A DNA stretch of 64,000 bases, taken from an uncultured delta proteobacterium (GTDB taxonomy: Bacteria; Desulfobacterota; Desulfomonilia; UBA1062). Both the position numbers and the translations under genes were made by a program. Every line of letters begins with the position of its first letter. Position 1 is the stretch's first letter. The stretch spans positions 1-64,000 of the forward strand of contig CAVVYZ010000021.1 of the NCBI GenBank assembly GCA_963752595.1, in the 5' to 3' direction. Of this stretch, positions 1 to 10,662 are shown one piece after another. The notes below the pieces were generated by a model. It made no database searches and had not been told where the DNA came from. It saw nothing but the letters and a program-made list of their open reading frames with translations.

Positions 1-1
1 C

Positions 2-223
2 GGGGGGTATACGCATACGTCGGTGGCCATCCGCGATGCCCTGCTCGCCGTGGACATACCGTTCATAGAGGTGCACATCAGCAACGTATCTGCCAGAGAG
101 CCCTTCAGGCAGAAGGACCTGTTCTCCGACATCGCCATAGGAACCATCTCAGGGCTCGGGACCCTTGGCTATATCCTTGCATTAGAGGCACTGCATGAAT
201 TACTCGGATCAAAGGCTCGCTAA
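2..223 (+). CDS. aroQ: Type II 3-dehydroquinate dehydratase (5'-truncated by window edge)
   Basis: [14 protein letters not shown]...EVHISN...REPFR motifs of DHQase II; frame is open to the window edge. Confidence 0.93.
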   Translation, partial: GGYTHTSVAIRDALLAVDIPFIEVHISNVSAREPFRQKDLFSDIAIGTISGLGTLGYILALEALHELLGSKAR

Positions 224-1265
224 AGCGAGAACATATCTTAAAGGGCTCGACGCCATCCTCCTCTCCTCGCGGACCAATGTGACCTATGTAAGCGGGTATA
301 CGGGTTCCGATGCGGTCGCGGTGTTTACCGACTCATCCGCCGACCTGTTCGTCGACTCCCGCAACACGCTCCAGGCCAAGGAAGAAGCCAACGTGGGCGT
401 GCGTGTGCTTAAAAAAGAGGTGGGAAGAGATCTACGAACACCTGACCGGCCAGGGTGTCAAAACCCTTGGCATAGAATCCAATGTCATCGATCTGGATTC
501 CTTCCTCCAGATGAAGGACCTGTTCAAAGAAATCGAGATGACGCCCATGGGCGGCCGCTGAAGTACCTGAGAAGCATAAAAGATCCGGGAGAGGTCGCCC
601 TGATAAGCGAAGCGTCCCGTATCGCCGAGCAGGCGGTAAACGATGTGCTGGCTGCGGGCATCATCGGCCGGAAAGAAATTGATGTTGCCTTCGAGCTTGA
701 GTGCGGAATGCGCCGGCTCGGGGCAAGCGGGCCGTCCTTCGAAACCATCGTTGCCTCGGGTCCCCGGTCTGCTATGCCCCACGGAGCAGCCTCGGACAGG
801 ATTATCCGTGAGAACGAACCGGTGGTGTTCGATTTCGGCGCCGCCTACAAGGGATATGCCTCCGACCAGACCATCACCGTATACACGGGAAAACCCGATA
901 AAGACTTCACGGACGTGTACAACCACGTGAGAAAAGCCCAGAAATCGGCCATGAGCGCCGTGAGCAAAGGCATCAAAGCAACGCTGCCGGACAAGGCTGC
1001 ACGTGACTATCTCGAATCGGTCGGGCTTGCGCAATACTTCGGCCACGGCCTCGGCCACGGGGTGGGCATGGAGGTGCACGAGATGCCTACGGTCTCCTCT
1101 CTCTCAAAGGATATCCTGGAGAACGGCATGGTGTTCACCATCGAGCCGGGCGTATATCTCCCCGGAAAATTCGGGGTGAGGATCGAAGATATGGTCCTGA
1201 TCACAGATAATTCTTGCAAGCAGATTACAAAGCTTGATAAAGATGCCATAAAAGTAATAAATTAG
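195..1265 (+). CDS. Xaa-Pro aminopeptidase (M24 family); contains two compensating indels (~415 and ~555)
   Basis: M24 motifs [32 protein letters not shown]; the creatinase-N segment (TLGIESN) lies in the alternative frame (ORF 310-561). Confidence 0.9.
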   Translation: MNYSDQRLAKARTYLKGLDAILLSSRTNVTYVSGYTGSDAVAVFTDSSADLFVDSRNTLQAKEEANVGVRVLKKEVGRDLRTPDRPGCQNPWHRIQCHRSGFLPPDEGPVQRNRDDAHGRPLKYLRSIKDPGEVALISEASRIAEQAVNDVLAAGIIGRKEIDVAFELECGMRRLGASGPSFETIVASGPRSAMPHGAASDRIIRENEPVVFDFGAAYKGYASDQTITVYTGKPDKDFTDVYNHVRKAQKSAMSAVSKGIKATLPDKAARDYLESVGLAQYFGHGLGHGVGMEVHEMPTVSSLSKDILENGMVFTIEPGVYLPGKFGVRIEDMVLITDNSCKQITKLDKDAIKVIN

Positions 1266-1276
1266 GAGACTTTACC

Positions 1277-1840
1277 ATGCAGTACTCAACCGCACAGTTT
1301 CGCAAAGGCTTGAAGATCGAGATCGCCGGAGAGCCGTTGACCATCGTGGACTTCCAGCATGTCAAACCGGGCAAGGGCGGCGCGTTTGTGCGCACCAAGA
1401 TGAAGAGTCTCATTTCCGGCAACACCCTGGAGAAGACCTTCCGGTCCGGCGAAAAAGTGGATGTGCCGAATCTCGAAGAAAAGACCATGTCATTCCTGTA
1501 CCAGGATGAGTCAGGCTACTGGTTCATGGACAGCCGGACCTATGATCAGATGAACCTGAAGGAAGACAACATCTCGGAGGCCATCGGGTATCTCAAGGAG
1601 AACATAGAGGTGGGGATCCTCTTTCACAACGACAAACCGATCGGCATCGACCTGCCCATGTTCATGGAGCTTGCCGTGGCCGAAACAGATCCCGGCGTCC
1701 GCGGGAACACTGCATCAGGAGGGTCGAAACCTGCAAAGCTCGAAACGGGCAAGACAATCCAGGTGCCCCTTTTCATCAACGAAGGAGATATCGTCAAGGT
1801 AGACACCAGAACTGACGAATATATAGAGAGAGTAAGCTAG
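1277..1840 (+). CDS. efp: Elongation factor P
   Basis: HVKPGKGGAFVRTK loop, PGVRGNTA, KPAKLETG, VPLFI, VDTR. Confidence 0.98.
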   Translation: MQYSTAQFRKGLKIEIAGEPLTIVDFQHVKPGKGGAFVRTKMKSLISGNTLEKTFRSGEKVDVPNLEEKTMSFLYQDESGYWFMDSRTYDQMNLKEDNISEAIGYLKENIEVGILFHNDKPIGIDLPMFMELAVAETDPGVRGNTASGGSKPAKLETGKTIQVPLFINEGDIVKVDTRTDEYIERVS

Positions 1841-2256
<416 letters not shown>

Positions 2257-2260
<4 letters not shown>

Positions 2261-3012
2261 CCCAATGGCACCTCATCCTCGAAGGAAGGTGCCCCTCACG
2301 ACTGAATATGGCAAGGGACCTTGCCCTGTTCCAGTCCGTTCTTGAAGGAGATCATCAGGGAATCTTAAGGATCTATAACTGGGATGAACCTGCCGTCACG
2401 GCAGGCTTCCACCAGAAAGTTTTCAGTCCCTTTGACCCGACCCTTTCCATCCCCGTCGTAAAGCGGCCCACCGGCGGCGGGGCCGTGCTTCACGTCGACG
2501 ACATCACGTTCTGCATCGCTGCACCCGAATCAGGCCTGTTTTCCGGCATCATCGGGACATGCAGGCAGGTCTCGTCCATCTTCGGATCTGCCTTGAGAAA
2601 ATGCGGGCTGGATGTCGAGATACATGGGGACAATACCGCCTTCTCGCACGTGTGCTTCATGCGGTCCTCACCCGTTGAACTGTGCCTGCAAGGGGCCAAG
2701 GTCCTGGGTCTGGCCCTTTTACGCAAACACGGGCATGTCCTGTTGCAGGGGGTTATGCCCTTGTCCATTGACAAAAAGCTTACCCGGCGGGTTTTCGGCG
2801 GCGCGAACGAGCCGGGCTCAATGGGAATCTACGACCACGCGCCACGGTTCTCGCAGGAGGAATTCATCGGGCATTTAATAGATGCTTTTTTTTCCGAGAT
2901 GAATATCTCGCTTCTGCAGGGCAGTTGTGATGATGATAAGCAGCACGACTGCAATGAAGGCGAAATATATCTCCGGAGACAGAAACCGCGAAACAAGGGC
3001 CTCTCCGATTAA
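2257..3012 (+). CDS. Lipoate-protein ligase A / LipM-like octanoyltransferase family
   Basis: NMARD, RIYNW..PA, RPTGGGAVLH, VCF motif, K(VLG) lysine. Confidence 0.8.
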
Positions 3013-3660
3013 GGAATAGAGGATCACCGACGGCAGCACGCCTATGGCCGTCGCTTTCATGAAGTCCTTCCAGTGGACCCCTGAAGCAGCGGCTGCCGAG
3101 TTTATGGCAACGAACGGGACAACGAGCATAATCTGGAGCAGCAGCACGATCCGAAATCCGTTTCTCCTGATGGCTGCCTTGATCCTGGCCATTCTCTCCC
3201 CCTTGCCCCACATCTCCTCGATGGAGAGCGTCCTGACAAGGAAAAAGGTGATGTTGGCATTGAGGATGGCACCGATGTAGGAAAGAATAACCCCCAGGTA
3301 AGGACCGAAGCTTGCCGATCCGGTTATGAAAAGAATACTGATCGGCGAAACTAGGGGCATGACGGCTAACATGAGAACAAAGACAAGCATCCCGGAATAC
3401 CCCAGGTCCTTGAGGGTGAGCCTGAGCTCGAACCACCCGCTTAACGGGTATGGGTCGGTTATCCTGAACAGCCCGAGTATCGAAAAGAAAGCTGCAATGG
3501 TAAGTATGAGGAGGCATATATGGTGCTTAAACCATGAGAAGTAGCTTTCGGAATCCAGACATTTTTCGCAATACGTCTGCACGGTGCGGTAGATCCCTGA
3601 GGAAGTGATCGCCTTTTTGAGAGATGCCACAGGATATATTATCGCTGCCGGAGCACTCAT
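2875..3660 (-). CDS. TVP38/TMEM64 (VTT/DedA superfamily) membrane protein
   Basis: Multiple TM segments; FG...G, LLLQIMLVVPFVAIN, F..ATAIGVLP pattern; start uncertain. Confidence 0.75.
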   Translation of the reverse strand: MSAPAAIIYPVASLKKAITSSGIYRTVQTYCEKCLDSESYFSWFKHHICLLILTIAAFFSILGLFRITDPYPLSGWFELRLTLKDLGYSGMLVFVLMLAVMPLVSPISILFITGSASFGPYLGVILSYIGAILNANITFFLVRTLSIEEMWGKGERMARIKAAIRRNGFRIVLLLQIMLVVPFVAINSAAAASGVHWKDFMKATAIGVLPSVILYSLIGEALVSRFLSPEIYFAFIAVVLLIIITTALQKRDIHLGKKSIY

Positions 3661-3855
3661 CGCAACACCACAGCCCTGGACGGATGCTGTCAAGCAATAG
3701 CGGAGCAGTATGATTCCTGCACTGACAACCGGTAATATCGAACGATCGTTATATTTTTAATCTTGTTGCGCTCCTCAAAAGTTGGTACAAGGAATTCTAT
3801 GATATTCTGATACTTATCACCTAATTGACCATGAGTAGTGAAAGGAATGGCAAGC

Positions 3856-6000
3856 ATGTCTGAGAATCCTCTTCATAAGATAATGAACCCGGCTTCCGTT
3901 TCCATTGCCGGCGCGAGCAACAACTTCAGAAAGATGGGCACGATCCAGCTGCTGAACCTCATAAAAAGCGGATTCACCGGTGAGATCCTGCCCGTACATC
4001 CCAAGGAGAAGCAGGTTCTCGGCAAAAAAGCATATGCATCCATCGGCGAGCTCCCCTTTGCCCCCGACCTTGCAATACTCGTGGTGCCGACGCGGCTCGT
4101 TCCTGAAATGCTCGAAGATTTCGGCAGAATAGGGACCCGCTCGGCAATCGTCATCACCGCGGGATTCAAGGAGACAGGCGATGAAGGCCGCGCACTCGAA
4201 AAACGGATCATCGAGATAGCCGCCCGTTACGGCATCCGTTTTCTCGGGCCGAACTGCCTAGGCATCGTGAATACGAATCTGCCTCTGAACATCACGGTGA
4301 GCCCGCTCCTGTCATCCGGCGGCCACTTCTCCCTGGCATCCCAGAGCGGAACCTATATCGCGCAGACCCTGAGCTATCTGCACCAGAACGGGATCGCTTT
4401 CAACAAGGCCATCAGCGTGGGCAACGAGGCGAACATCGATATCGTCGACTGCCTCGAATACCTGGGAGACGACGAGGGTACCCATGCCATCGGGCTCTAC
4501 CTCGAAGGCATACGCAATGCTGCACGGTTCCTGGAAACGGCACGGAGGATCAGCGCGAAAAAGCCCATCGTGGCCCAGTATGTCGGAGGGACCGAGGCAG
4601 GTGCCCGGTCGGGATCGAGCCATACCGGGGCAATGGCCGGGCCGAATTTCATCTATGACGGCCTCTTTGCCCAGGCAGGAATCATCCGGGTGGATACCAT
4701 CGAAGAAGTGTACAAGATCGGCTGGGCCCTTGCCATGAGCCCGCCGCTCAAGGGCCCGCGTATCGCCGTGCTCACCAATTCAGGCGGCCCGGGTTCGGGG
4801 ATCGCCTCGACCTGCAACGCGCTGGGCCTCGATGTCCCTGAGTTCTCGCCGGAGATCCAGGACCGGATCTGCAGGTTTCTTCCCGGCCATGCAAGCGCGC
4901 GGAACCCGGTGGACCTCACTTTCCACATAGGCATGGAAACGCTCACCGAAAAGATCCCCGAAATCCTTTTCCAGGCGGAAGATCTTGACGGGGTCATCAT
5001 CCACGGGATAATGGACACAGGGTTCATGGATCTCCTGTACGGCTCCGTCAAGGAATACCTCGACATATCCAGGGAAGATTTTCTCAAGATTTCCGAGGCA
5101 AACCTGGACAAGCTCGTGAACATGCCGTCGAAATACGGCAAGCCGCTGCTGATCTCATCGTTCTTCGGCAGGGAAGACCACTGCATCCGGGTGTTCCATG
5201 ACCACGCCGTTCCCACCTTCGATTCCCCCGAGAAGGCGGCAAAGGCCATGGCCTGCCTGTACAAACACCTCCTCATCCGCCGGAAAGTCCACGACGTACC
5301 GGCTTCACCCGCCGGGAGGACTATCCCCGGAGAGGCACAGGATATCATCAGCAGCCTGAAAAGTTCGATCATCGATGAATACCATGCAAAACGCATCCTG
5401 AAGCTGTACGGCATCCCTGCAGCACGGGAGATCCTGGCGCAGAGCTTCGAGCAGGCTGCTGCCGGTGCAGGAGAAATCGGGTACCCTGTTGCGGTGAAGG
5501 CGTGCGCCTCGTTCATTGCCCACAAGACAGAGCAGAACCTCGTATTCTTACATGTCGAGGATGAGGCAGGTCTTCACCATGCCTGCGACGCAATCCGGTC
5601 GGCACAACCGGACGCGGGCATCCTCGTTGCCGAGATGCTTAACGGCAAGAGGGAATTCATGGCAGGCATCAGTTCCCACCCGGGTTTCCCTCCGTGCGTG
5701 ATGTTCGGTTTGGGCGGCATCTACGCGGAAGCCATGAAGGATTTCACCATCCGCCTGGCACCCTTGAGCGCTTACGATGCGCTGGAAATGATCGATTCCA
5801 TCAATGCCCGGGCGCTGATCGGCCCGTACCGGAACATGGAGGAGGTCGACAGGGAAGCCCTGGCAGGCATCCTGATTCGCCTTGGAGAGATCGCCCTTGA
5901 TTTTCCACGCATAAAAGAGATAGATCTGAATCCGATCATTATCGTGGATGGGTCCCCAAAGGTGGCGGATGCATTGATGGTGATCCAGCCCGTTGATTAG
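3856..6000 (+). CDS. Acetate/acyl-CoA ligase (ADP-forming), fused alpha-beta type
   Basis: CoA-binding domain (IAGAS, GPNCLG), SQSG, SVGNEA, phospho-His SHTGAMAG, NPVDLT, C-terminal ATP-grasp with EIDLNP. Confidence 0.92.
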   Translation: MSENPLHKIMNPASVSIAGASNNFRKMGTIQLLNLIKSGFTGEILPVHPKEKQVLGKKAYASIGELPFAPDLAILVVPTRLVPEMLEDFGRIGTRSAIVITAGFKETGDEGRALEKRIIEIAARYGIRFLGPNCLGIVNTNLPLNITVSPLLSSGGHFSLASQSGTYIAQTLSYLHQNGIAFNKAISVGNEANIDIVDCLEYLGDDEGTHAIGLYLEGIRNAARFLETARRISAKKPIVAQYVGGTEAGARSGSSHTGAMAGPNFIYDGLFAQAGIIRVDTIEEVYKIGWALAMSPPLKGPRIAVLTNSGGPGSGIASTCNALGLDVPEFSPEIQDRICRFLPGHASARNPVDLTFHIGMETLTEKIPEILFQAEDLDGVIIHGIMDTGFMDLLYGSVKEYLDISREDFLKISEANLDKLVNMPSKYGKPLLISSFFGREDHCIRVFHDHAVPTFDSPEKAAKAMACLYKHLLIRRKVHDVPASPAGRTIPGEAQDIISSLKSSIIDEYHAKRILKLYGIPAAREILAQSFEQAAAGAGEIGYPVAVKACASFIAHKTEQNLVFLHVEDEAGLHHACDAIRSAQPDAGILVAEMLNGKREFMAGISSHPGFPPCVMFGLGGIYAEAMKDFTIRLAPLSAYDALEMIDSINARALIGPYRNMEEVDREALAGILIRLGEIALDFPRIKEIDLNPIIIVDGSPKVADALMVIQPVD

Positions 6001-6010
6001 GAGCGGTTAC

Positions 6011-6406
6011 ATGGAAAAGAAGACAATCGAAGGCATGATCCGGAGCTACCCCCTGGAGAGTAGTCTTCCCTGCGCGGTTGCACACTACATCGCTGCCTTG
6101 CTTGGTGTTCTTCCCCGGGAAGTCGGTGATAAGGCTACAGAACTCAAGGTTCGTCTGGATATGTGCCAGCTCGGCCTGTTCGGATACGGCAGAAAAGGAA
6201 AGTCCGGCTATAAGATCCTGGGCAGGCCCGTGGAGATCCCGGCAGATGTCCTGGAGAAGATCAGGGCTGCCGCGAAAGACGGACGCATCGCCTGCAAAGA
6301 CCTCTGGAACATAGCCGATGCGGCGCAGATACCCCGGCCCGAGGCAGGAAACGCAGCCGATTCCTTAGGCATCAAAATAAGGCCCTGCCAGCTCGGCGCA
6401 TTCTGA
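6011..6406 (+). CDS. Conserved hypothetical protein with two tandem C-x~30-CQLG(L/A)F repeats
   Basis: Internal duplication visible in the translation; closely follows the acyl-CoA ligase. Confidence 0.75.
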   Translation: MEKKTIEGMIRSYPLESSLPCAVAHYIAALLGVLPREVGDKATELKVRLDMCQLGLFGYGRKGKSGYKILGRPVEIPADVLEKIRAAAKDGRIACKDLWNIADAAQIPRPEAGNAADSLGIKIRPCQLGAF

Positions 6407-6417
6407 TAAGGACAGGT

Positions 6418-6978
6418 TTATTTCCGGTCGTCAGGCATGCCTTCTCTTAAAGAGGCGAGCCTCGGCATGACCATGGCAAGGAGTGCGCATTTGAGCGCAT
6501 CGCCCGGCAGGAACAGGGCCATGCCTGTTTTTACGGCGATCCAGAGGGCATCCGGCTTTTTCAACACGAATTTCAGGTAGCAGGCAAGGTAGGGCATGCC
6601 GATGAGATAGATCGTAAGCATGCCCGCAGCGGACGCAAAAAGCACATTCCCCACAGACAGCGGCTTTCCCTTCATCAGATACCCTGACACCGCCGAAGCA
6701 GCGACGAAACCGACGAGATACCCGAAGGTCGGGCTCACTACGTACCCGGGGCCTCCTCCTCCGGAGAACACGGGAAGGCCCATGAGCCCGATGATGATAT
6801 AGACGATCTGGCTCATTGCGCCGGCCTTTTGCCCCAGCATCATGCCCGACATCACCACAAAGAGATTCTGCATAGTGATCGGTACCGGAGCCACCGGCAA
6901 TTTGATAAATGCACCTGCTGCGGTCAATGCAGTAAAGACAGGAATGAGGGAAAGTTTGTGTCTGCTCAATGCGCTCAT
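6418..6978 (-). CDS. bioY: Biotin transporter BioY
   Basis: PVPITMQ, G..GLPVFSGG, PTFGYLVGF, FLPGD. Confidence 0.93.
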   Translation of the reverse strand: MSALSRHKLSLIPVFTALTAAGAFIKLPVAPVPITMQNLFVVMSGMMLGQKAGAMSQIVYIIIGLMGLPVFSGGGGPGYVVSPTFGYLVGFVAASAVSGYLMKGKPLSVGNVLFASAAGMLTIYLIGMPYLACYLKFVLKKPDALWIAVKTGMALFLPGDALKCALLAMVMPRLASLREGMPDDRK

Positions 6979-7105
6979 GAACACAACCACTTATGACAAC
7001 CAAATCGTTGAGTAAAGAGGATTTATTGTTGAAACGGGCTCTTTGCTTCTGTATGATAAAAATAGAGTATCTTCTTATTCGGCACAGTGCTTGTGGGGGT
7101 GTTGT

Positions 7106-7726
7106 TTGTCCGTAGAGATCGTATGGTTGGGACATGCGAGTGTTATGGTAAGGAGCGCCTCGGGAGCCGTCTTCATCGATCCCTGGAAAGTTGGCGACAG
7201 ATCGCTGCATGCCGACATCATCCTTCTCACCCATGACCACTATGATCATTTCTCCGTGCAGGATATCGATCTTCTGGCCGATGGCTCAACACGGATAGCA
7301 GCACCCATGTCGACTCCTCCGGTAACGGATGTGATTTCCCCCGGGGAAACCCTGAACATCGGCGGGATCACGGTCGAAGCCGTGCCTGCGTACAATACAA
7401 ACAAGGGCTTCCACCCGCGGGCAAAGGGCTGGGTCGGGTATATACTGGAAGTCGACGCTAAGCGGATCTATCATGCCGGTGACACTGACCGTATCCCGGA
7501 GATGAAAAATATTACTGTTGATCTGGCACTCGTTCCTGTGGGAGGAACGTACACCATGAACACGGAAGAGGCGGCCGGCGCGATTGAGGATATCCGGGCG
7601 CGGGATGTTATTCCCATCCACTTCGGCGATATCGTGGGCACGAGAAAAGATGCCGAGAAGCTTGCCCGGATCTCGAAAAGAAGCATCCATATCCTCAGCC
7701 CGGGAGAATCCTATACCCTTACATGA
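7106..7726 (+). CDS. MBL-fold metallo-hydrolase
   Basis: WLGHAS, IDP, THDHYDH, YHAGDT, PVGGTYTM, PIH; TTG start with GGGGG RBS. Confidence 0.9.
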   Translation: MSVEIVWLGHASVMVRSASGAVFIDPWKVGDRSLHADIILLTHDHYDHFSVQDIDLLADGSTRIAAPMSTPPVTDVISPGETLNIGGITVEAVPAYNTNKGFHPRAKGWVGYILEVDAKRIYHAGDTDRIPEMKNITVDLALVPVGGTYTMNTEEAAGAIEDIRARDVIPIHFGDIVGTRKDAEKLARISKRSIHILSPGESYTLT

Positions 7727-7732
7727 GATGAC

Positions 7733-9663
7733 ATGGACAAACTGCGCAATCAGATAAAAAATATATTCGATACGGCCCCGTTTGCCGTGGTTGCCTTTGA
7801 TGCAAGCGGGACCATCATCTACATGAACCCGCTCCTTGAATCCAACATCGACCCCTCGGCCCTGCCGTTTGTCGGCAAATCCATGTATGAAGTCATTCAT
7901 AAGCTCCTTGTGGACGAGAGGCTGGAGAAGAATCTCAAGCGCCTGATCGAGACCGACAAGCTTTCTCTCTCATCGTGGAAACCTTGAGCTCCAAGCTCGT
8001 GAAGGCAGCAGGGTTTATCAACATCATCGGATACAAGCTGGGCGCAACCTATATCCTCATCGGCGATTTCGTGAGCGGAGGGCTTTCCCGGGACAGCAGG
8101 TATCGTCAGCTTATAGAGGACGCCCCGGATGCAATCATCATCATGAGCCACGGCACCATCACGTTTACCAACCCGGCCTTCAGCTCGATCATCGGGAAAA
8201 CCAAAGAGGAATTACAGGGCAAGAACATATTCGGTCTCGTCGACGAGAAGGGCAGAGAAGACCTTTCTGCACTGAAAGAAAACTTTGCAAAAGGCTTTTT
8301 CAGCAGAATCACCATGCATACTAATGCAGGCAACAAAATCCTTGAGGGCAATTTCCATTTCATCGAAGAGCGTCCCGGCACATCGGTTGCCCTGCTTCGG
8401 GATGTGACGGATAAGGTCGGCCTGGAAAGACGCCTTTTGAGGCAGAACCAGGACCTTGCCGCCGTAAACCTGATCTCGAAAACCTTGAGCTCTTCCATCG
8501 AGCTTGAGGAGGTGCTCCAGAACACCCTTGCCCAGGTACTCCAGATCATGAACATCGAGGCAGGATGGATTTACCTGCTCGACGGCCACAAGCAGGTTCT
8601 GAAGTGTGCGTACTCCTACGGCATCCCCCCGGAGGTCGTGCAGGCCATCAAGGAACTCCGGATGGGGGAGGGAATTGCCGGAAGGGTCGCAGAAAAGGGC
8701 GAGCCCATAATCATTGAAAACGCATCAGAAGATAAACGGATCAGCTCACTCGCCTTCAAGAAGCAAGGCATCAAATCCTTTGCGTCGATCCCGCTCTATT
8801 CACGGACGCGCATGATCGGCGTCATGAACATCGGCTCCTTCGGCGAGAGGACAATCTCTCCGGATGACGAGCGGCTGCTCATTACCATCGGCGTCCACAT
8901 GGGCACGGTCATAGAGAATATCCTGCTCTTCCAGGAGATTGCCGACACTTCGAAGGAGCTAAAGGATGCGCTGAACCTCATCAGGCAGCGGAACGAGGAA
9001 TTGCGGACCCTCGTTTCCACGGTATCCCATGACCTCAAAAACCCCATCATCGCCATCAACGGCTTCTGCGACCGGTTCATCAGGACAGCCGGGCCGAAGC
9101 TCAACGAAAAGGAGCAGGAGTATATCCAGGCCGTTCAGGAAAGCGGCAAGCACATGGAAAAGTTCGTTTCCAACCTCCTGACGCTCTCCGCAGTCGAAAG
9201 CCTGAAACTGAAGAAGGAAGAGGTCCCTGTCATTGCGCTCATCGACGAAATATCCCGCGAAGTGGCACCACAACTGGATGATAAGAAGGGAACCATAACG
9301 ATCGAATCGCCCCTGCCTAAGATCAGGGCAGACAGGGTAAGGCTCATGCAGATCTTCTCCAACCTCATTTCAAACTCCATCAAATACTCGTGCCCTGCGA
9401 GAGACCTCATGATCCGCATCGGCTACCAGAAAAAGCCCAACACCCACATCTTTTCCGTCAAAGACAATGGGATTGGGATTCAGAAGGAGTATATCGACAA
9501 TATATTCGATATCTTCTTCAGGGGCTACGAAGGCCAGGTTGAAGGCACGGGCATCGGCCTTTCCATCGTAAAAAAAGCCGTGAACGTCATGGGCGGCGAA
9601 ATCTGGGTAAATTCGGAAAAAGACGTGGGCACGGTCTTCTGTTTCTCGCTGCCTGAAGAATAA
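7733..9663 (+). CDS. Cytoplasmic PAS-PAS-GAF sensor histidine kinase, split by one frameshift near 7965
   Basis: ORF 7733-7987 (PAS) joins ORF 7975-9663 (PAS, GAF, H-box SHDLKNPI, N-box, DNGIGI, GTGIGL); break at a CTCTCT tract. Confidence 0.85.
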
Positions 9664-9695
9664 GAACAATCCCTGAAAAGCTTGACTCTTTCCCC

Positions 9696-9724
9696 TTGAC
9701 ACCATACAAGGTGCTCGGTATATT
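9696..9724 (+). promoter_or_regulatory. Sigma70 promoter of tRNA-Val
   Basis: TTGACA (9696)-17 bp-TATATT (9719), 16 bp upstream of the tRNA. Confidence 0.75.
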
Positions 9725-9740
9725 CCTGAAACTGTTTTAA

Positions 9741-9815
9741 GGGCCGCTAGCTCAGGGGGAGAGCGCTACCTTCACACGGTAGAAGTCGTAGGTTCAAATC
9801 CTACGCGGCCCACCA
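9741..9815 (+). tRNA. tRNA-Val (anticodon CAC)
   Basis: Acceptor stem GGGCCGC/GCGGCCC, anticodon arm CTACC-TTCACAC-GGTAG, T-loop GGTTCAAATCC, encoded CCA. Confidence 0.97.
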
Positions 9816-9828
9816 TTAATCCCTCTCA

Positions 9829-10035
9829 TTATAATCGTATGAAAAATGGAAGTATTATCAGCAGGATCCCAATGAGGATAAACAGATAAACATTTTGAAT
9901 TAAATACGGATAAATACAAAGGGCAATTCCTGAAAATAGCGCGACACCCTTCCTCTGCTTCTTGCCATAGACAATATATCCCATACCGAATGACCCGAAC
10001 AAAACACTTAATAGAAGCCAGGTGGAAGTATCCAT
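9829..10035 (-). CDS. Small membrane protein (68 aa)
   Basis: Hydrophobic, with G..G.GY..YGKKQ and YPY motifs; AAGGGG RBS. Confidence 0.75.
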   Translation of the reverse strand: MDTSTWLLLSVLFGSFGMGYIVYGKKQRKGVALFSGIALCIYPYLIQNVYLFILIGILLIILPFFIRL

Positions 10036-10348
10036 GGTATCCCCTTATTCCTGAAATCGACGAGTAATATTTCGGTATTTGAGTTCCTGAGCATTAAAAT
10101 TCCAGCCGTCGCAGACAGCCACTCCCGGCTCCCGGCAATGTTTCATCCACTGCCCATCGTTTTTCTGATCAACCGATTGGGACGGCTGCCCTGCAGATAT
10201 TCCGGCGAAGATAACCTATATCTCGATAGAGCCCGAAGTTACAATGTACCTGAATGCGCTTCTGTTCGCGGCCGCCGACCTGACATGACTTGAATAGAAA
10301 GATTATAAGCTTATTTTCTTTTTGTATAATCCCAAAGGGAGGTGAATT

Positions 10349-10564
10349 ATGGCAGTTTCCGGAAAATATGGTAATGTCTCAATCCCGCATGTAAGCGATA
10401 ATGAACCGGTTTTTATCCTCAGGGCACAGGACAGGCTGGCCCTGGCTACCATAGAGATGTATAAGCTTCTTGCTGAAACAAATGATGCAGGGATTGCTTC
10501 ACATCTGGAAAGCCAGATTGAGGCCTTTCGCCATTGGAGCGGCAAACGTAAAAATCCGGATTAG
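10349..10564 (+). CDS. Small hypothetical protein (EPVFILRAQD motif)
   Basis: Strong GGAGGTG RBS; protein-like composition. Confidence 0.7.
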   Translation: MAVSGKYGNVSIPHVSDNEPVFILRAQDRLALATIEMYKLLAETNDAGIASHLESQIEAFRHWSGKRKNPD

Positions 10565-10662
10565 CAGATAATATTTTCTCATACAGCTCTTGCTATGAAA
10601 GGGCTTCTCCAATAAATGCACATCTCTTTCTCTTCAGAAACCGCGTATCGAAGGAGGGAATC

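Noticed and set aside
411-560. Alternative-frame segment inside the M24 peptidase as a dual-coding region
   Set aside because: Explained by two compensating indels, one at an A6 tract
6985-7035. BirA operator upstream of bioY
   Set aside because: Only one half-site-like TGACAACC; the partner half-site and spacing do not fit TGTAAACC-N14/15-GGTTTACA
10045-10290. Minus-strand interrupted frame (SAAANRSAFRYIVTS...) faintly like a nitroreductase remnant
   Set aside because: No start or RBS, an internal stop, and similarity too weak to support by eye
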